From positions 20,711-84,710 of IMG/VR virus record IMGVR_UViG_3300033179_000001: DNA of 64,000 bases; one strand, written 5' to 3'. Position numbers and translations under genes: made by a program. Each line of letters opens with the position of its first letter. Position 1 is the stretch's first letter. Origin of the DNA: a virus. A model generated the notes under the pieces. That model had not been told where the DNA came from. It ran no database searches and saw only the letters and a list, made by a program, of their open reading frames with translations. Below are positions 27,646 through 36,100 of the stretch, in pieces.

Positions 27646-30221
27646 ACTGGATTCTCCCCTTCAGGAATTGGCTCAACGCCGACCGGCCGGCCATTCGGCC
27701 CATACACGATCCTTCGTCTGGTGTTGGCAGCCTTGTGGATCATAGCCGCCGCCTCCGCAAGGCTCCGGACGTTGTCCTGATGACCTTGCGCATTCGCCGT
27801 GGCCATCGTCGGTGCTGGTAAACCGTTCGTGGCCGCATGCGTCATGCGCTCGTGTGCCAACTTTTGCATTTCGAATGCATGTTGTTCGCGAGCCATGGTC
27901 TGCTCGAACTGCATCTTTTCCATTTCCCATTGATGCTTCATCGCGGCTAATTGTTGCTCTCGCTGATCGTTCGCCTGCTGCGCCTGAGCTTCGATTTTGG
28001 CGTTGGCAATTTCGGCTTGAGCTTTGGCGACATCGGCTTGGCCCTTGGCTGCCTCGGGGCTTTGATGACCCGCCATACCGGCTGCGGCATTTTGTGCCAG
28101 TTTTTCGGCTTTCTCCGCATATTCATCGATCGCCGATTCCAGATCGCGTCCGGTTCTGAACTTGCGGACACCCCATTGCAGCATTTTGGCCAATAGCGGG
28201 ACAACCGCCGGATTAGCCGCCCCCAACAATTGAGCGGCTTGCATGAATTTCGTCACCGATTCGATAAATGTAGTCGCATCGGCCCGTTCTTGCTGAACAT
28301 CGCCAGCGATCATCGTATCGGTTTCGATGTCGATCCGGTAACCGCGCGAGATATCGGACTTCAGAAGGTCTATCGCCTTCTTAATCTTCGCCATGGTCTG
28401 CAAGACCTTCGGCGAAAGTAGCGGTGCCCCTGGAGGCATCATCGGCTGGACATTTTGGGCCGGAGGCTGCATCGGCACCATGGCAGTGCCGGGCTGCGGC
28501 ATTCCTCCCGGAATTTGTGGCATTCCTACCGGAGGCTGTCCCTGAGCCATTGGCGGGGCCATGGGTGTGCCTTGAGCCGGCGGCGGCAACTGTGCCATCC
28601 CGCCCGGCGGGGCCATCCCGGGGGCCGCTCCGGGCATCGGTGGGGCCAATGGCGGGGCATCCGGCGCAATCGGCTGCATCGAAACCGGGTCAATGCCCTC
28701 TTCGTACAGAATCCCCGATATTTCGATCAGCGTTTCAGGTTGGAAGTGCTTGGCAATCACCTCCGCGACCAATCGCACGACATCCTGAGCAAACCTGCTC
28801 ACTTCTAGACGGCGATCCTCGATCCGTGTCTGTCCGCCATTCGATTTGAGCCGCATTCCGCCCAAAGTCTCGCGGCCATCGCTGGTCTGACTGATCAGAG
28901 CGCTGATACCGGTGATCCGCTCATAATCTTCCAAAACCTGTTGTCGGACCTCAATAAGGCCCTTCAGGGTCTCCATGACCTCTTTGATAGGCAGGAACGC
29001 TATTGCACTCTGCAGGCCGCCTTTTGACGCGAATTGTGCCCACCCTTCGACGGGGATCAGTTCATTCTCGACCGATTCGTCCAGCAGCCGACGCAACGGC
29101 TTATTCGCGGCGTCATAGCAGCCTGCGACCTTGAGAGCCTTCGCCAGCAGGCTGATCCGCTGCGTCAACTCGTCGATCTGGTTAGCCTGATCCTGATATT
29201 CTGAGAAATCCGGAACCGGGATCAGTGATTCGTTCGTCATCGTGGCCGAAAGTGGCTCCGGGCACGGGAAGAAATTGCGCAACTGCAATGGATCAGGCCG
29301 GCAATCGCAAAGGCTGTCGTAGCCTGTCGATATCCAGTAAACCTTGCCGTCCGCCTTGTTCCAGATTTCGTAAAGAACACGCTTCCGGCTGTTGTGATCG
29401 TCCAAGACATGCGGGGTGTTGTCGCCCGCGATCCGGTCGCGCATCATCATCTGAGGATCGGCTTGGATTTTGTTGCCGATATCCTCGCCGAACCGCTCAA
29501 TGTTGTACGTTTTTGACGTGAATAGCCGCTTGCCTACCGCCTGCACTTCCTCCCATGTCCGAGCGGTACTCGGAAACATCAGGAAGTCTTTCCAGTGCAC
29601 ATAATCGACCGGTGCCGATTCGCTGATGATCCGAGAGCCGGTTTCTTCGAGCTTTTCCGTTTCTTCGCTTTCGTCCGGTTCCTTTATCTCGCCGTTGGCG
29701 TCGGCAACATCGGGTTCGACGGAGGCGGGGATTGATATGCCTTCCCCGATCTCCGGCTCGTACCGAACCCAAAGCTGTCCTCTTCCAGGAAGGAGATAGT
29801 CATCACGCGCCCTCCGCATCGATGGATGAAAGCCATTCTCTTGGAGTTCATTACGTAAGGCCCGCTCAAGGATGGTAGCTGATATCCGACCAACTGGGTC
29901 TCGATCATTGAACTTCCTCTCGCATACCGCATCTGGGACCTTGGAATAAACCGCAGGCTTCAGAATTTGAACCGACGACCACAGCAGATTGAGCCGGCGC
30001 TGGCCGTTCTGATCGGCCATCGTCCGATCGTCTCGATACCGCTTCAGGATGTCGGCACCGCGCTTGTACCAGTTTTCCTGAATCTGCTCGACCGCGTGAA
30101 CCTCTCCCTTCCAATATCGGGCCATCCGGCGGGCTTCTTCCGGATCGTTCATGATCGGATCGATACCGCTGTCTTCCGGCTCGTCTTCCATCTGGTCTCG
30201 GTCGTTCTCAACCATGGCCAT
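27642..30221 (-). CDS. Portal protein
   Basis: NLLWSSV.ILKPAVY, YLLPGRG..WVRY, FFPCP.PL, YRIDIETD; lies after TerL. Confidence 0.85.
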   Translation of the reverse strand: MAMVENDRDQMEDEPEDSGIDPIMNDPEEARRMARYWKGEVHAVEQIQENWYKRGADILKRYRDDRTMADQNGQRRLNLLWSSVQILKPAVYSKVPDAVCERKFNDRDPVGRISATILERALRNELQENGFHPSMRRARDDYLLPGRGQLWVRYEPEIGEGISIPASVEPDVADANGEIKEPDESEETEKLEETGSRIISESAPVDYVHWKDFLMFPSTARTWEEVQAVGKRLFTSKTYNIERFGEDIGNKIQADPQMMMRDRIAGDNTPHVLDDHNSRKRVLYEIWNKADGKVYWISTGYDSLCDCRPDPLQLRNFFPCPEPLSATMTNESLIPVPDFSEYQDQANQIDELTQRISLLAKALKVAGCYDAANKPLRRLLDESVENELIPVEGWAQFASKGGLQSAIAFLPIKEVMETLKGLIEVRQQVLEDYERITGISALISQTSDGRETLGGMRLKSNGGQTRIEDRRLEVSRFAQDVVRLVAEVIAKHFQPETLIEISGILYEEGIDPVSMQPIAPDAPPLAPPMPGAAPGMAPPGGMAQLPPPAQGTPMAPPMAQGQPPVGMPQIPGGMPQPGTAMVPMQPPAQNVQPMMPPGAPLLSPKVLQTMAKIKKAIDLLKSDISRGYRIDIETDTMIAGDVQQERADATTFIESVTKFMQAAQLLGAANPAVVPLLAKMLQWGVRKFRTGRDLESAIDEYAEKAEKLAQNAAAGMAGHQSPEAAKGQADVAKAQAEIANAKIEAQAQQANDQREQQLAAMKHQWEMEKMQFEQTMAREQHAFEMQKLAHERMTHAATNGLPAPTMATANAQGHQDNVRSLAEAAAMIHKAANTRRRIVYGPNGRPVGVEPIPEGENPV

Positions 30222-30555
30222 TAGGCCACCCCCTCAATTCATGAAGCCGCCCTTTTTCAAAACCCTCTTTGAGGCTTAATGCGTGCTTTTTTATTTCACG
30301 CTCAATAGCATCAATGATGGCATCCTGCCCCTTATCCTTTTCGGATTCTGCCGCAGCCGTGGCAGATTCTACCACGCCATCAGAAAACCAATAACGACCT
30401 TCTAGATTCCGGACTGTGGTGATCACCACATCTTTGATAGATGGCTCCAATCTAGGATTATCGCGCAATGGCTTGTTGAATATCCACCGCAGCGGTCTTT
30501 CGATCGGCCAATGATTTATTGCGTAGCGAAGGCGGCACAAAAAACCCATTTTCAA
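30208..30555 (-). CDS. Hypothetical protein between TerL and portal
   Basis: ORF overlapping both neighbours. Confidence 0.5.
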   Translation of the reverse strand: MKMGFLCRLRYAINHWPIERPLRWIFNKPLRDNPRLEPSIKDVVITTVRNLEGRYWFSDGVVESATAAAESEKDKGQDAIIDAIEREIKKHALSLKEGFEKGRLHELRGWPNGHG

Positions 30556-32153
30556 ATCCTCTTGTACGGCATGAATTTGTTCTCTCGCACCTTTTCGAAA
30601 TCGCCCATCACGTCCTTGATCTGCAATTCGTTGTCCGAGCCAACCGTCATGATGCGGCCTTTTTCAGAACTGCCGTCAGAACGTGAATAAGGTCTTGCAT
30701 TGCACATATACCGGCACTCATCTGGGGCGTGATCCTCGCCATCGGAATCAACATCTTCGATATTGTCTTTGTCATGCTGAAGCGCCGGCAATGTCCTTAT
30801 ACTATCAACGCAATTCTCAAAAAAGTAAATCATCGGATCGCCGTCCTGCCCAATTAAGCGAGCACGGACCATGTCCCAGCCTCCCATTGCTCCCTTGCGG
30901 CTAACGCGAGTATTATCTGCAGGCTGCCAGAATTGGTAATACGGAGCAACGGCTAGTCGTTCGCCAATTGATGGTCCTCCATCCTCCTTAAATATCGACG
31001 GATCAGCTACTCTGAGCGATATTCTAGGTCTCCCTTGATCGTTTACAGGTTCTCGCTTTTCCCGCTCCGCTACCCCACTGGCAAATTGCTCTACTGTAAG
31101 CTTCAATCCGGTATTGTTGTGCATCGATTGCCCATTTTCATCAATTTGGCAGCCATACCATTCGCGGTATCGAACCAAGGCGCCACGAGGCAAATCATTT
31201 TTATAGGCAAATCTAGGATCAAATGTACTAGGTGTATGATCCGCTAACGGCTCAAAACGATCTGGAACAAGAGCCCACCATCCAATCGAAAATGGCCGCG
31301 CTGAACCCCAGTCCATTGATGTAAATCGCGTCCAGTGCGGCGGTACAATAAACTGAGGGATGACATGCCTACGCTCGTCCCACTCATCGAAATATGCGCC
31401 TTCGATAATGTCCCAGTTGCCCTGCAGCCATGCGGCCACCAATCGCGCGTTTCCAACCATCTGCAGACGCGCGACATATTGCGGAGTGTTGTTATATTTG
31501 TTGTCGGTGATCTTGCTCGGGATAAAAACCCGTTCCTGCTCATACTCTTCTTTCGTGAACGGATTTACCAACTTCGATTTTATAACCTGCATGCCGCGCG
31601 GTGCCGGCATGATGTAGCGCTGTTTGATCCAGAGATGCCCAACACCTCCAGGATTGCCAGTCGCCCTAAACCCGCATCGAACCTTCGGGTTTGACGATCG
31701 GATACAAGCCATCAGTTTAAAGATTGGCGTTGGGCTGGGGAAATTTCCTAATTCTTCGACATATATCCGGCTGAACGATCCGCCTTGGTACCGGTCTGCG
31801 TCATCATCATTGTCGATATATGCGAATGTCAGACGTGCGCCATTAGGAAAACGCCACATCTTTTCCGAAACATGCCACACAGCGCCAAGTTGGCCATAAA
31901 TCTGTTTGCTGCGCTCTATTAGTTCTTTTAGCTGCGTCAGTTCGCGCCGAATCACCAACCCGATCGCGTCAATCCCAAATTCATCCGCATGGCTGGCGAA
32001 ATCTCCAAGCATTCCGTCCGATTTGCCACCGCCCCGAGCGCCTCCGAAGAAGATTTCGAATACGGGGCATGACAGCAGCCAAGTCTGAGGCCCTGGATTT
32101 GGCTCCCAAACGACACGATAGATTGGATTTGTGCGATCTGCGTGCGTGGACAT
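30552..32153 (-). CDS. terL: Terminase large subunit
   Basis: Walker A GGARGGGKS, Walker B IYVEEL, ATGNPGG, nuclease MDWG and EDHAPDECRY. Confidence 0.95.
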   Translation of the reverse strand: MSTHADRTNPIYRVVWEPNPGPQTWLLSCPVFEIFFGGARGGGKSDGMLGDFASHADEFGIDAIGLVIRRELTQLKELIERSKQIYGQLGAVWHVSEKMWRFPNGARLTFAYIDNDDDADRYQGGSFSRIYVEELGNFPSPTPIFKLMACIRSSNPKVRCGFRATGNPGGVGHLWIKQRYIMPAPRGMQVIKSKLVNPFTKEEYEQERVFIPSKITDNKYNNTPQYVARLQMVGNARLVAAWLQGNWDIIEGAYFDEWDERRHVIPQFIVPPHWTRFTSMDWGSARPFSIGWWALVPDRFEPLADHTPSTFDPRFAYKNDLPRGALVRYREWYGCQIDENGQSMHNNTGLKLTVEQFASGVAEREKREPVNDQGRPRISLRVADPSIFKEDGGPSIGERLAVAPYYQFWQPADNTRVSRKGAMGGWDMVRARLIGQDGDPMIYFFENCVDSIRTLPALQHDKDNIEDVDSDGEDHAPDECRYMCNARPYSRSDGSSEKGRIMTVGSDNELQIKDVMGDFEKVRENKFMPYKRI

Positions 32154-32156
32154 CGC

Positions 32157-32360
32157 TTAACGCCGTTTAGTCTTGATCGCGTCTCGGATCGTATCGCGTA
32201 GCCCGCGCTCGAACTTCCTGCACCACATGTCCGGCTCTATGTCGCCCTCAACCAAGACGCAACTTTTGCTGTTCGGCCGGAAATGCTCGCAGATGCCGCA
32301 GTGCGCTTGCGGTTTCCCTTTGGAATAGTCGACTTCGGCTTTGGTGAACTTGCCAGCCAT
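32157..32360 (-). CDS. HiPIP-like 4Fe-4S protein without signal peptide
   Basis: Y..CGICEHF..SCVLVEGDIEPDMWCRKF matches HiPIP Cys pattern. Confidence 0.65.
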   Translation of the reverse strand: MAGKFTKAEVDYSKGKPQAHCGICEHFRPNSKSCVLVEGDIEPDMWCRKFERGLRDTIRDAIKTKRR

Positions 32361-32375
32361 ACTACATGTCTAGCA

Positions 32376-33335
32376 CTAATATCGATGCAAGACACCATGA
32401 ACGTAGCTGCAACTCATCGTAAGATTCCCAGCCCACGCATAGATGTCTGGCATCGGCCTCGTGGCTTCCGCAAAAAAACGATCCTGATCAATCTTTTTCC
32501 AATTACGTCCAGCGTAGAACCTCCAACGGAAATATTTCGTATGAAGAAAATAAATCCTAGATGGGATAACCGAATGGTTCTCGATTATTGATTGCAGGCT
32601 TGGATCAAGAACAACCGCCGTCTCACCAAAATCCAGAGATTCGAATCCCCAATCCGAATATTTGGATTTAAGCATACCATCAGGTAAAGATTTCTTGAAA
32701 TCGTTGAAATCATCCTTCCCCATCAGGATCAAATCCGGCCGCTCCAGTTTCGTAGAACCAACATATTCAACGATCGAAAGCTTTTCGATCATCAGGCCCA
32801 TCACATCGCTAAGTTTCTGGCCACTGCGATAACTTATCGAAAGATTACGCCAAAACCGATGTTGCTTCCGATCAATCCCACCCACCATACCGATCGTCGG
32901 CGTGATGCTCACTAGGTCAGGCAAGGAGTTGATTGAATTTCTGCCGCCGCCCGACGAGATCGCCTGCGCTGTCATCTTAGCAGCCTCAGCAACCGGGTCG
33001 ATTTCCTGTTTGTCTTCGTGGAAGGCCACGGCCGCTTGCTGGATCGGATATTCGGCAGCGGTGAATACCCCGCTAACTTCGTGATTTTGGAAAGCCTGAT
33101 GTAGATTATTGGCTGGCTTCCATTGGCCCGGCTTTAGAACCTCATAGCCTCCATACCACGTAAATGGCGGAAATTGATTCGGCTCGACCAAAACTGGAAA
33201 TGCAATCTCCTGAATGATGGTCCGACCGCCCTCGAATGATTTGATATTTCCAATCTCATTGAGCCGGCAAAGCAGTGGGTGGCTTGCGATCGTCGCTTTT
33301 TGCAGTCGTTCAGAAATCTCGTCTGTGGCCGCCAT
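32376..33335 (-). CDS. Second, divergent major-capsid paralogue
   Basis: GNIKSFEGGRTIIQE, WYGGY, FTAAEYPI, VGGIDR..FWRN, YAGRN, WAGNLTMSC align with the capsid gene. Confidence 0.85.
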   Translation of the reverse strand: MAATDEISERLQKATIASHPLLCRLNEIGNIKSFEGGRTIIQEIAFPVLVEPNQFPPFTWYGGYEVLKPGQWKPANNLHQAFQNHEVSGVFTAAEYPIQQAAVAFHEDKQEIDPVAEAAKMTAQAISSGGGRNSINSLPDLVSITPTIGMVGGIDRKQHRFWRNLSISYRSGQKLSDVMGLMIEKLSIVEYVGSTKLERPDLILMGKDDFNDFKKSLPDGMLKSKYSDWGFESLDFGETAVVLDPSLQSIIENHSVIPSRIYFLHTKYFRWRFYAGRNWKKIDQDRFFAEATRPMPDIYAWAGNLTMSCSYVHGVLHRY

Positions 33336-33422
33336 AGGCTTGGCCTCCGTGTTGTGAGCCGCATGATGCGTGCTCTGAGGCGATGACTACCACGGGAGGC
33401 GATGACGTGCAATTTGGACAAT

Positions 33423-33457
33423 AAAAAGCCGCCCGCGTCATGACGACGGGGCGGCTT
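33423..33457 (-). terminator. Intrinsic terminator closing the tRNA operon
   Basis: GCCGCCC..GGGCGGC stem followed by UUUUU on minus strand. Confidence 0.75.
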
Positions 33458-33462
33458 GAGAT

Positions 33463-33533
33463 TGGCACCGGTACAAGGATTTGAACCCTGCTTGCAGGAT
33501 TTGGAGTTCTGCTAACGCCCAGCGTCTACCGGT
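33463..33533 (-). tRNA. tRNA-Trp(CCA)
   Basis: Cloverleaf, loop CU-CCA-AA, encoded CCA. Confidence 0.8.
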
Positions 33534-33536
33534 AAT

Positions 33537-33613
33537 TGGTACTGCCTTTCTGATTTGAACAGAATCCCACCGATTCACAGTCGGCGTGCTCATTGCCATC
33601 GAGCATAGGCAGC
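33537..33613 (-). tRNA. tRNA-His(GTG), G1-U72/A73 type
   Basis: Loop CU-GUG-AA, encoded CCA. Confidence 0.85.
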
Positions 33614-33614
33614 A

Positions 33615-33685
33615 TGGTCCCGAAGGGCGGTGCCGACCCGCCCTGACAGCCGTATGAAAGCCGTTTCCTCGCCGGAGGCATCGGG
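33615..33685 (-). tRNA. tRNA-Met-like (CAT), atypical
   Basis: Loop UU-CAU-AC; non-canonical T loop; CCA. Confidence 0.6.
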
Positions 33686-33686
33686 A

Positions 33687-33761
33687 TGGCAGCCGGTGTC
33701 TGAATCGAACAGACGTTCAGGCATTCAAAGTGCCTTCTCTTGCCACTAAAGGAACCGGCCA
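33687..33761 (-). tRNA. tRNA-Gln(TTG)
   Basis: Loop CU-UUG-AA, CCA. Confidence 0.85.
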
Positions 33762-33765
33762 CAAT

Positions 33766-33840
33766 TGGTAGAGCCTAGCGGTTTCGATCCGCTTCCTCCC
33801 GGGTGAAGGCCGGGGATTCTAGCCAGTAAACTAAGGCTCC
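33766..33840 (-). tRNA. tRNA-Glu(TTC), C33
   Basis: Loop CC-UUC-AC, CCA. Confidence 0.8.
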
Positions 33841-33841
33841 A

Positions 33842-33915
33842 TGGTGCGGGCTGCGGGAATCGAACCCGCGACATCGCGTTGGAAGCGCGATATTTTACCA
33901 TTAAACTAAGCACGC
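33842..33915 (-). tRNA. tRNA-Gly(TCC)
   Basis: Loop CU-UCC-AA, CCA. Confidence 0.9.
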
Positions 33916-33919
33916 GAAT

Positions 33920-34005
33920 TGGCGGTGAACTGAGAGCACGATTCTCACACCTTACGGTGCCCTTCGTTTAGCAAACGAGGACGGGTCCCACCCGCTTAGT
34001 TCACC
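33920..34005 (-). tRNA. tRNA-Ser(GCT)
   Basis: Loop UU-GCU-AA, long variable arm, G73. Confidence 0.85.
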
Positions 34006-34010
34006 ATAAA

Positions 34011-34087
34011 TGGTCTTGCCGGGACGACTCGAACGCCCACGATTTCGCTTAGGAGGCGAATGCTCTGTCCAGTTGAGCTACGGCAAG
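34011..34087 (-). tRNA. tRNA-Arg(CCT)
   Basis: Loop CU-CCU-AA, CCA. Confidence 0.9.
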
Positions 34088-34089
34088 AT

Positions 34090-34166
34090 TGGCGCTTCCG
34101 AGAGGATTCGAACCCCTGGCGGCCCGAGGTAGAAACTCGGCGCTCTGTCCACTGAGCTACGGAAGC
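34090..34166 (-). tRNA. tRNA-Arg(TCT)
   Basis: Loop UU-UCU-AC, CCA. Confidence 0.9.
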
Positions 34167-34169
34167 AAT

Positions 34170-34244
34170 TGGAAGCGTGATCGGGAGTTGAACCCGATTA
34201 CAACAGTTTTGCAGACTGCGACCTATCCGACCGGTCCTCACGCC
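34170..34244 (-). tRNA. tRNA-Cys(GCA)
   Basis: Loop CU-GCA-AA, U73. Confidence 0.85.
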
Positions 34245-34248
34245 ATAT

Positions 34249-34322
34249 TGGCACCCCTTGACGGTGTCGAGCCGCCGTTTCTGCGTTCAGAGCGCAGTGT
34301 CTTGCCGTTGGACGAAAGGGGC
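34249..34322 (-). tRNA. tRNA-Gln(CTG)
   Basis: Loop CU-CUG-AA, CCA. Confidence 0.85.
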
Positions 34323-34326
34323 AAAT

Positions 34327-34400
34327 TGGTCAGGGTGGGAGGAGTTGAACCTCCACTGGCAGCGTCCGAGGCCGCCCGACTTCCGCAATCTTTCACCCTG
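34327..34400 (-). tRNA. tRNA-Pro(CGG)
   Basis: Loop CU-CGG-AC, C1-G72, A73. Confidence 0.85.
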
Positions 34401-34401
34401 A

Positions 34402-34477
34402 TGGCGATCCCACGAGGAGTCGAACCTCGATCTCCCAGTTTCGTAGACTGGCACTCTGTCCATTGAGCTATGGGACC
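34402..34477 (-). tRNA. tRNA-Arg(ACG)
   Basis: Loop CU-ACG-AA, CCA. Confidence 0.9.
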
Positions 34478-34481
34478 GGGT

Positions 34482-34556
34482 TGGACCTGCTGACGGGTGC
34501 TGACCCCGTGTTTCCACCTTGAGAGGGTGGCGAACTGTCCGTTATTCGACAGCAGG
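34482..34556 (-). tRNA. tRNA-Glu(CTC)
   Basis: Loop CU-CUC-AA; atypical T loop; CCA. Confidence 0.75.
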
Positions 34557-34560
34557 ATGA

Positions 34561-34653
34561 TAGACTTTGCTCGCATCGCAGGACTCGAACCTGCCACGGT
34601 CTGGTTAACAGCCAGATTCACACACCCGGTGCGATTGATGCGAGCAAAATCTA
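34561..34653 (-). tRNA. tRNA-Asn(GTT)-like, no CCA, acceptor stem extended to 17 bp (core 34570-34643)
   Basis: Loop CU-GUU-AA; UAGAUUUUGCUCGCAUC pairs with GAUGCGAGCAAAGUCUA. Confidence 0.75.
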
Positions 34654-34667
34654 ACAGATCAAGAAAA

Positions 34668-34742
34668 TGGTGGACCTCCACGGTTACGATCCGTGTCCTT
34701 CGGTTTGCAGGACCGACGTGCTCCCATTATCACTAGAGGCCC
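34668..34742 (-). tRNA. tRNA-Ala(TGC), C33
   Basis: Loop CC-UGC-AA, G3.U70. Confidence 0.9.
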
Positions 34743-34749
34743 GGGAGAA

Positions 34750-34825
34750 TGGTGCCCTGCGCTGGTTTCGATCCAGCCTCATCGGTTCTTCAAACCGAGG
34801 CAATCACCAGATTTGCTAACAGGGC
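34750..34825 (-). tRNA. tRNA-Phe(GAA)
   Basis: Loop UU-GAA-GA, CCA. Confidence 0.85.
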
Positions 34826-34829
34826 GAAT

Positions 34830-34903
34830 TGGCGCGGGCAGGCAGAATCGAACTGCCGCTCGGACGTTGGCAACGTCCAGGTCTACCACTAACCTATGCA
34901 CGC
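34830..34903 (-). tRNA. tRNA-Gly(GCC)
   Basis: Loop UU-GCC-AA, CCA. Confidence 0.9.
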
Positions 34904-34908
34904 ATATT

Positions 34909-34995
34909 TGGTGCCTCGTGAGGGTAACGATCCCCCGAGTCTCCGAAGAGTACAGTTTTACAGACTGAGCGGCCTCCTTAACCGCATACCGAGGC
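34909..34995 (-). tRNA. tRNA-Tyr(GTA)
   Basis: Loop CU-GUA-AA, long variable arm. Confidence 0.85.
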
Positions 34996-35001
34996 AAATT
35001 T

Positions 35002-35076
35002 TGGTTGCAGGCCCAGAACTCGAATCTGGCTGTAACGGCTTATGAGGCCGAACGGGTCACCCGACCTTTACCTGCT
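35002..35076 (-). tRNA. tRNA-fMet-like (CAT)
   Basis: Loop CU-CAU-AA; 1:72 mismatch as in initiator tRNAs. Confidence 0.7.
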
Positions 35077-35087
35077 TCAAAGGAAAT

Positions 35088-35176
35088 TGGCGGAGGGCGG
35101 GTAGATTCGAACTCCATGCCTTTCGGCACCCTCGGTTTTCAGGACCGCGACAGAACCCCGTCTGCTTCTGCCCTCC
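35088..35176 (-). tRNA. tRNA-Ser(TGA), C33
   Basis: Loop CC-UGA-AA, long variable arm, G73. Confidence 0.85.
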
Positions 35177-35182
35177 GTAACT

Positions 35183-35258
35183 TGGCGATCCCTCGGTGAT
35201 TCGAACACCGTATTTCGGCTTTCGGAGAGCCGCGTCTTGTCCATCCGACTCAGGGATC
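35183..35258 (-). tRNA. tRNA-Arg(CCG)
   Basis: Loop CU-CCG-AA, CCA. Confidence 0.85.
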
Positions 35259-35607
35259 ATTTCTTCTTTTCGCCCGGAAAATACTTCGCCATCGTCACCT
35301 TTTGGATAAGGCTATCGTCGGCGACAATCCCGGGCTTAGTCAGCGTCTTGTCGTCCAATGCCTGTTCAAGCGCTAGATAGGCATTGCCCAAATCAGGTGA
35401 CGACGGATTGACGAACAGCACATCAAGATCGATTTCGTGCTGTATCGGCATCTTATTCCCGACGCTAGTATGCCGCACCGCCTCAAATATCACCTTCCGA
35501 TAGGCTTGGATTGTTCTGACATGCATCCTCCGGTGAGGACTGTCATGTATCCAAAGCTGAAGCAATGGCGGCTCATAGAGCGCGTGGTACTTGGCAATCA
35601 CCTTCAT
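35257..35607 (-). CDS. RusA-like nuclease-fold protein embedded in tRNA array
   Basis: PDLGN..LEQALD..G.VADDSLI resembles RusA DxDN/D/DD; ATG directly follows a tRNA CCA. Confidence 0.6.
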   Translation of the reverse strand: MKVIAKYHALYEPPLLQLWIHDSPHRRMHVRTIQAYRKVIFEAVRHTSVGNKMPIQHEIDLDVLFVNPSSPDLGNAYLALEQALDDKTLTKPGIVADDSLIQKVTMAKYFPGEKKK

Positions 35608-35682
35608 TGGTACGCCTCCCCCGATTCGAACGGGGATCAAAATTCTTATGAGGAATCGGCTCTACCGTTAAGCTAGAGGCGC
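35608..35682 (-). tRNA. tRNA-Ile2/Met (CAT)
   Basis: Loop CU-CAU-AA, A73. Confidence 0.85.
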
Positions 35683-35686
35683 AAAT

Positions 35687-35783
35687 TGGTGGCGGTCACT
35701 GCCTCACGGCCTACCGCCGCTGAACACCGACCGTCGCCGGATTCAGGTATACGGCGCATGCCACCGTCGTGGCGGGCCGTAGC
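35687..35783 (-). ncRNA. Unknown structured RNA ending in ACCA
   Basis: Outer stem UACGGCC/GGCCGUG with two GACG-loop hairpins; fills a tRNA slot. Confidence 0.45.
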
Positions 35784-35858
35784 TGGTCTGAGTAGCAGGA
35801 CTTGAACCTGCAGCCCCCGCGCCCCAAACGCGGTGCTCTACCATTGAGCTACACTCAG
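35784..35858 (-). tRNA. tRNA-Pro(TGG)
   Basis: Loop UU-UGG-GG, CCA. Confidence 0.9.
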
Positions 35859-35863
35859 TTGAA

Positions 35864-35937
35864 TGGCGACCCCACGGGGTTACGATCCCCGGTTCTCCGC
35901 TCGACAGGCGGGCATTCTACCATTGAATTATGGGGCC
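35864..35937 (-). tRNA. tRNA-Asp(GTC)
   Basis: Loop CU-GUC-GA, G73. Confidence 0.85.
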
Positions 35938-35939
35938 AT

Positions 35940-36013
35940 TGGCGAACCACCACGGTAACCATCCGTGTTCCCCGGGTTAAGAGGCCGGTGCATCAGCTTA
36001 ATGCTTGTGGTCC
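35940..36013 (-). tRNA. tRNA-Lys(CTT)
   Basis: Loop CU-CUU-AA; atypical T loop. Confidence 0.75.
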
Positions 36014-36014
36014 G

Positions 36015-36089
36015 TGGAGGACCATCTCGGTTTCGATCCGAGTCCTCAACGTTTAAAAGACGTGCGCCTTCCCATCCGGCTCATGGTCC
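36015..36089 (-). tRNA. tRNA-Lys(TTT)
   Basis: Loop CU-UUU-AA, CCA. Confidence 0.8.
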
Positions 36090-36100
36090 TAGTTAGGGAT

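Noticed and set aside
35687-35783. tmRNA piece or HDV-like (theta) ribozyme
   Set aside because: No T arm or G3.U70 acceptor, and no HDV L3/J4-2 motifs could be fitted by eye; kept as unknown RNA
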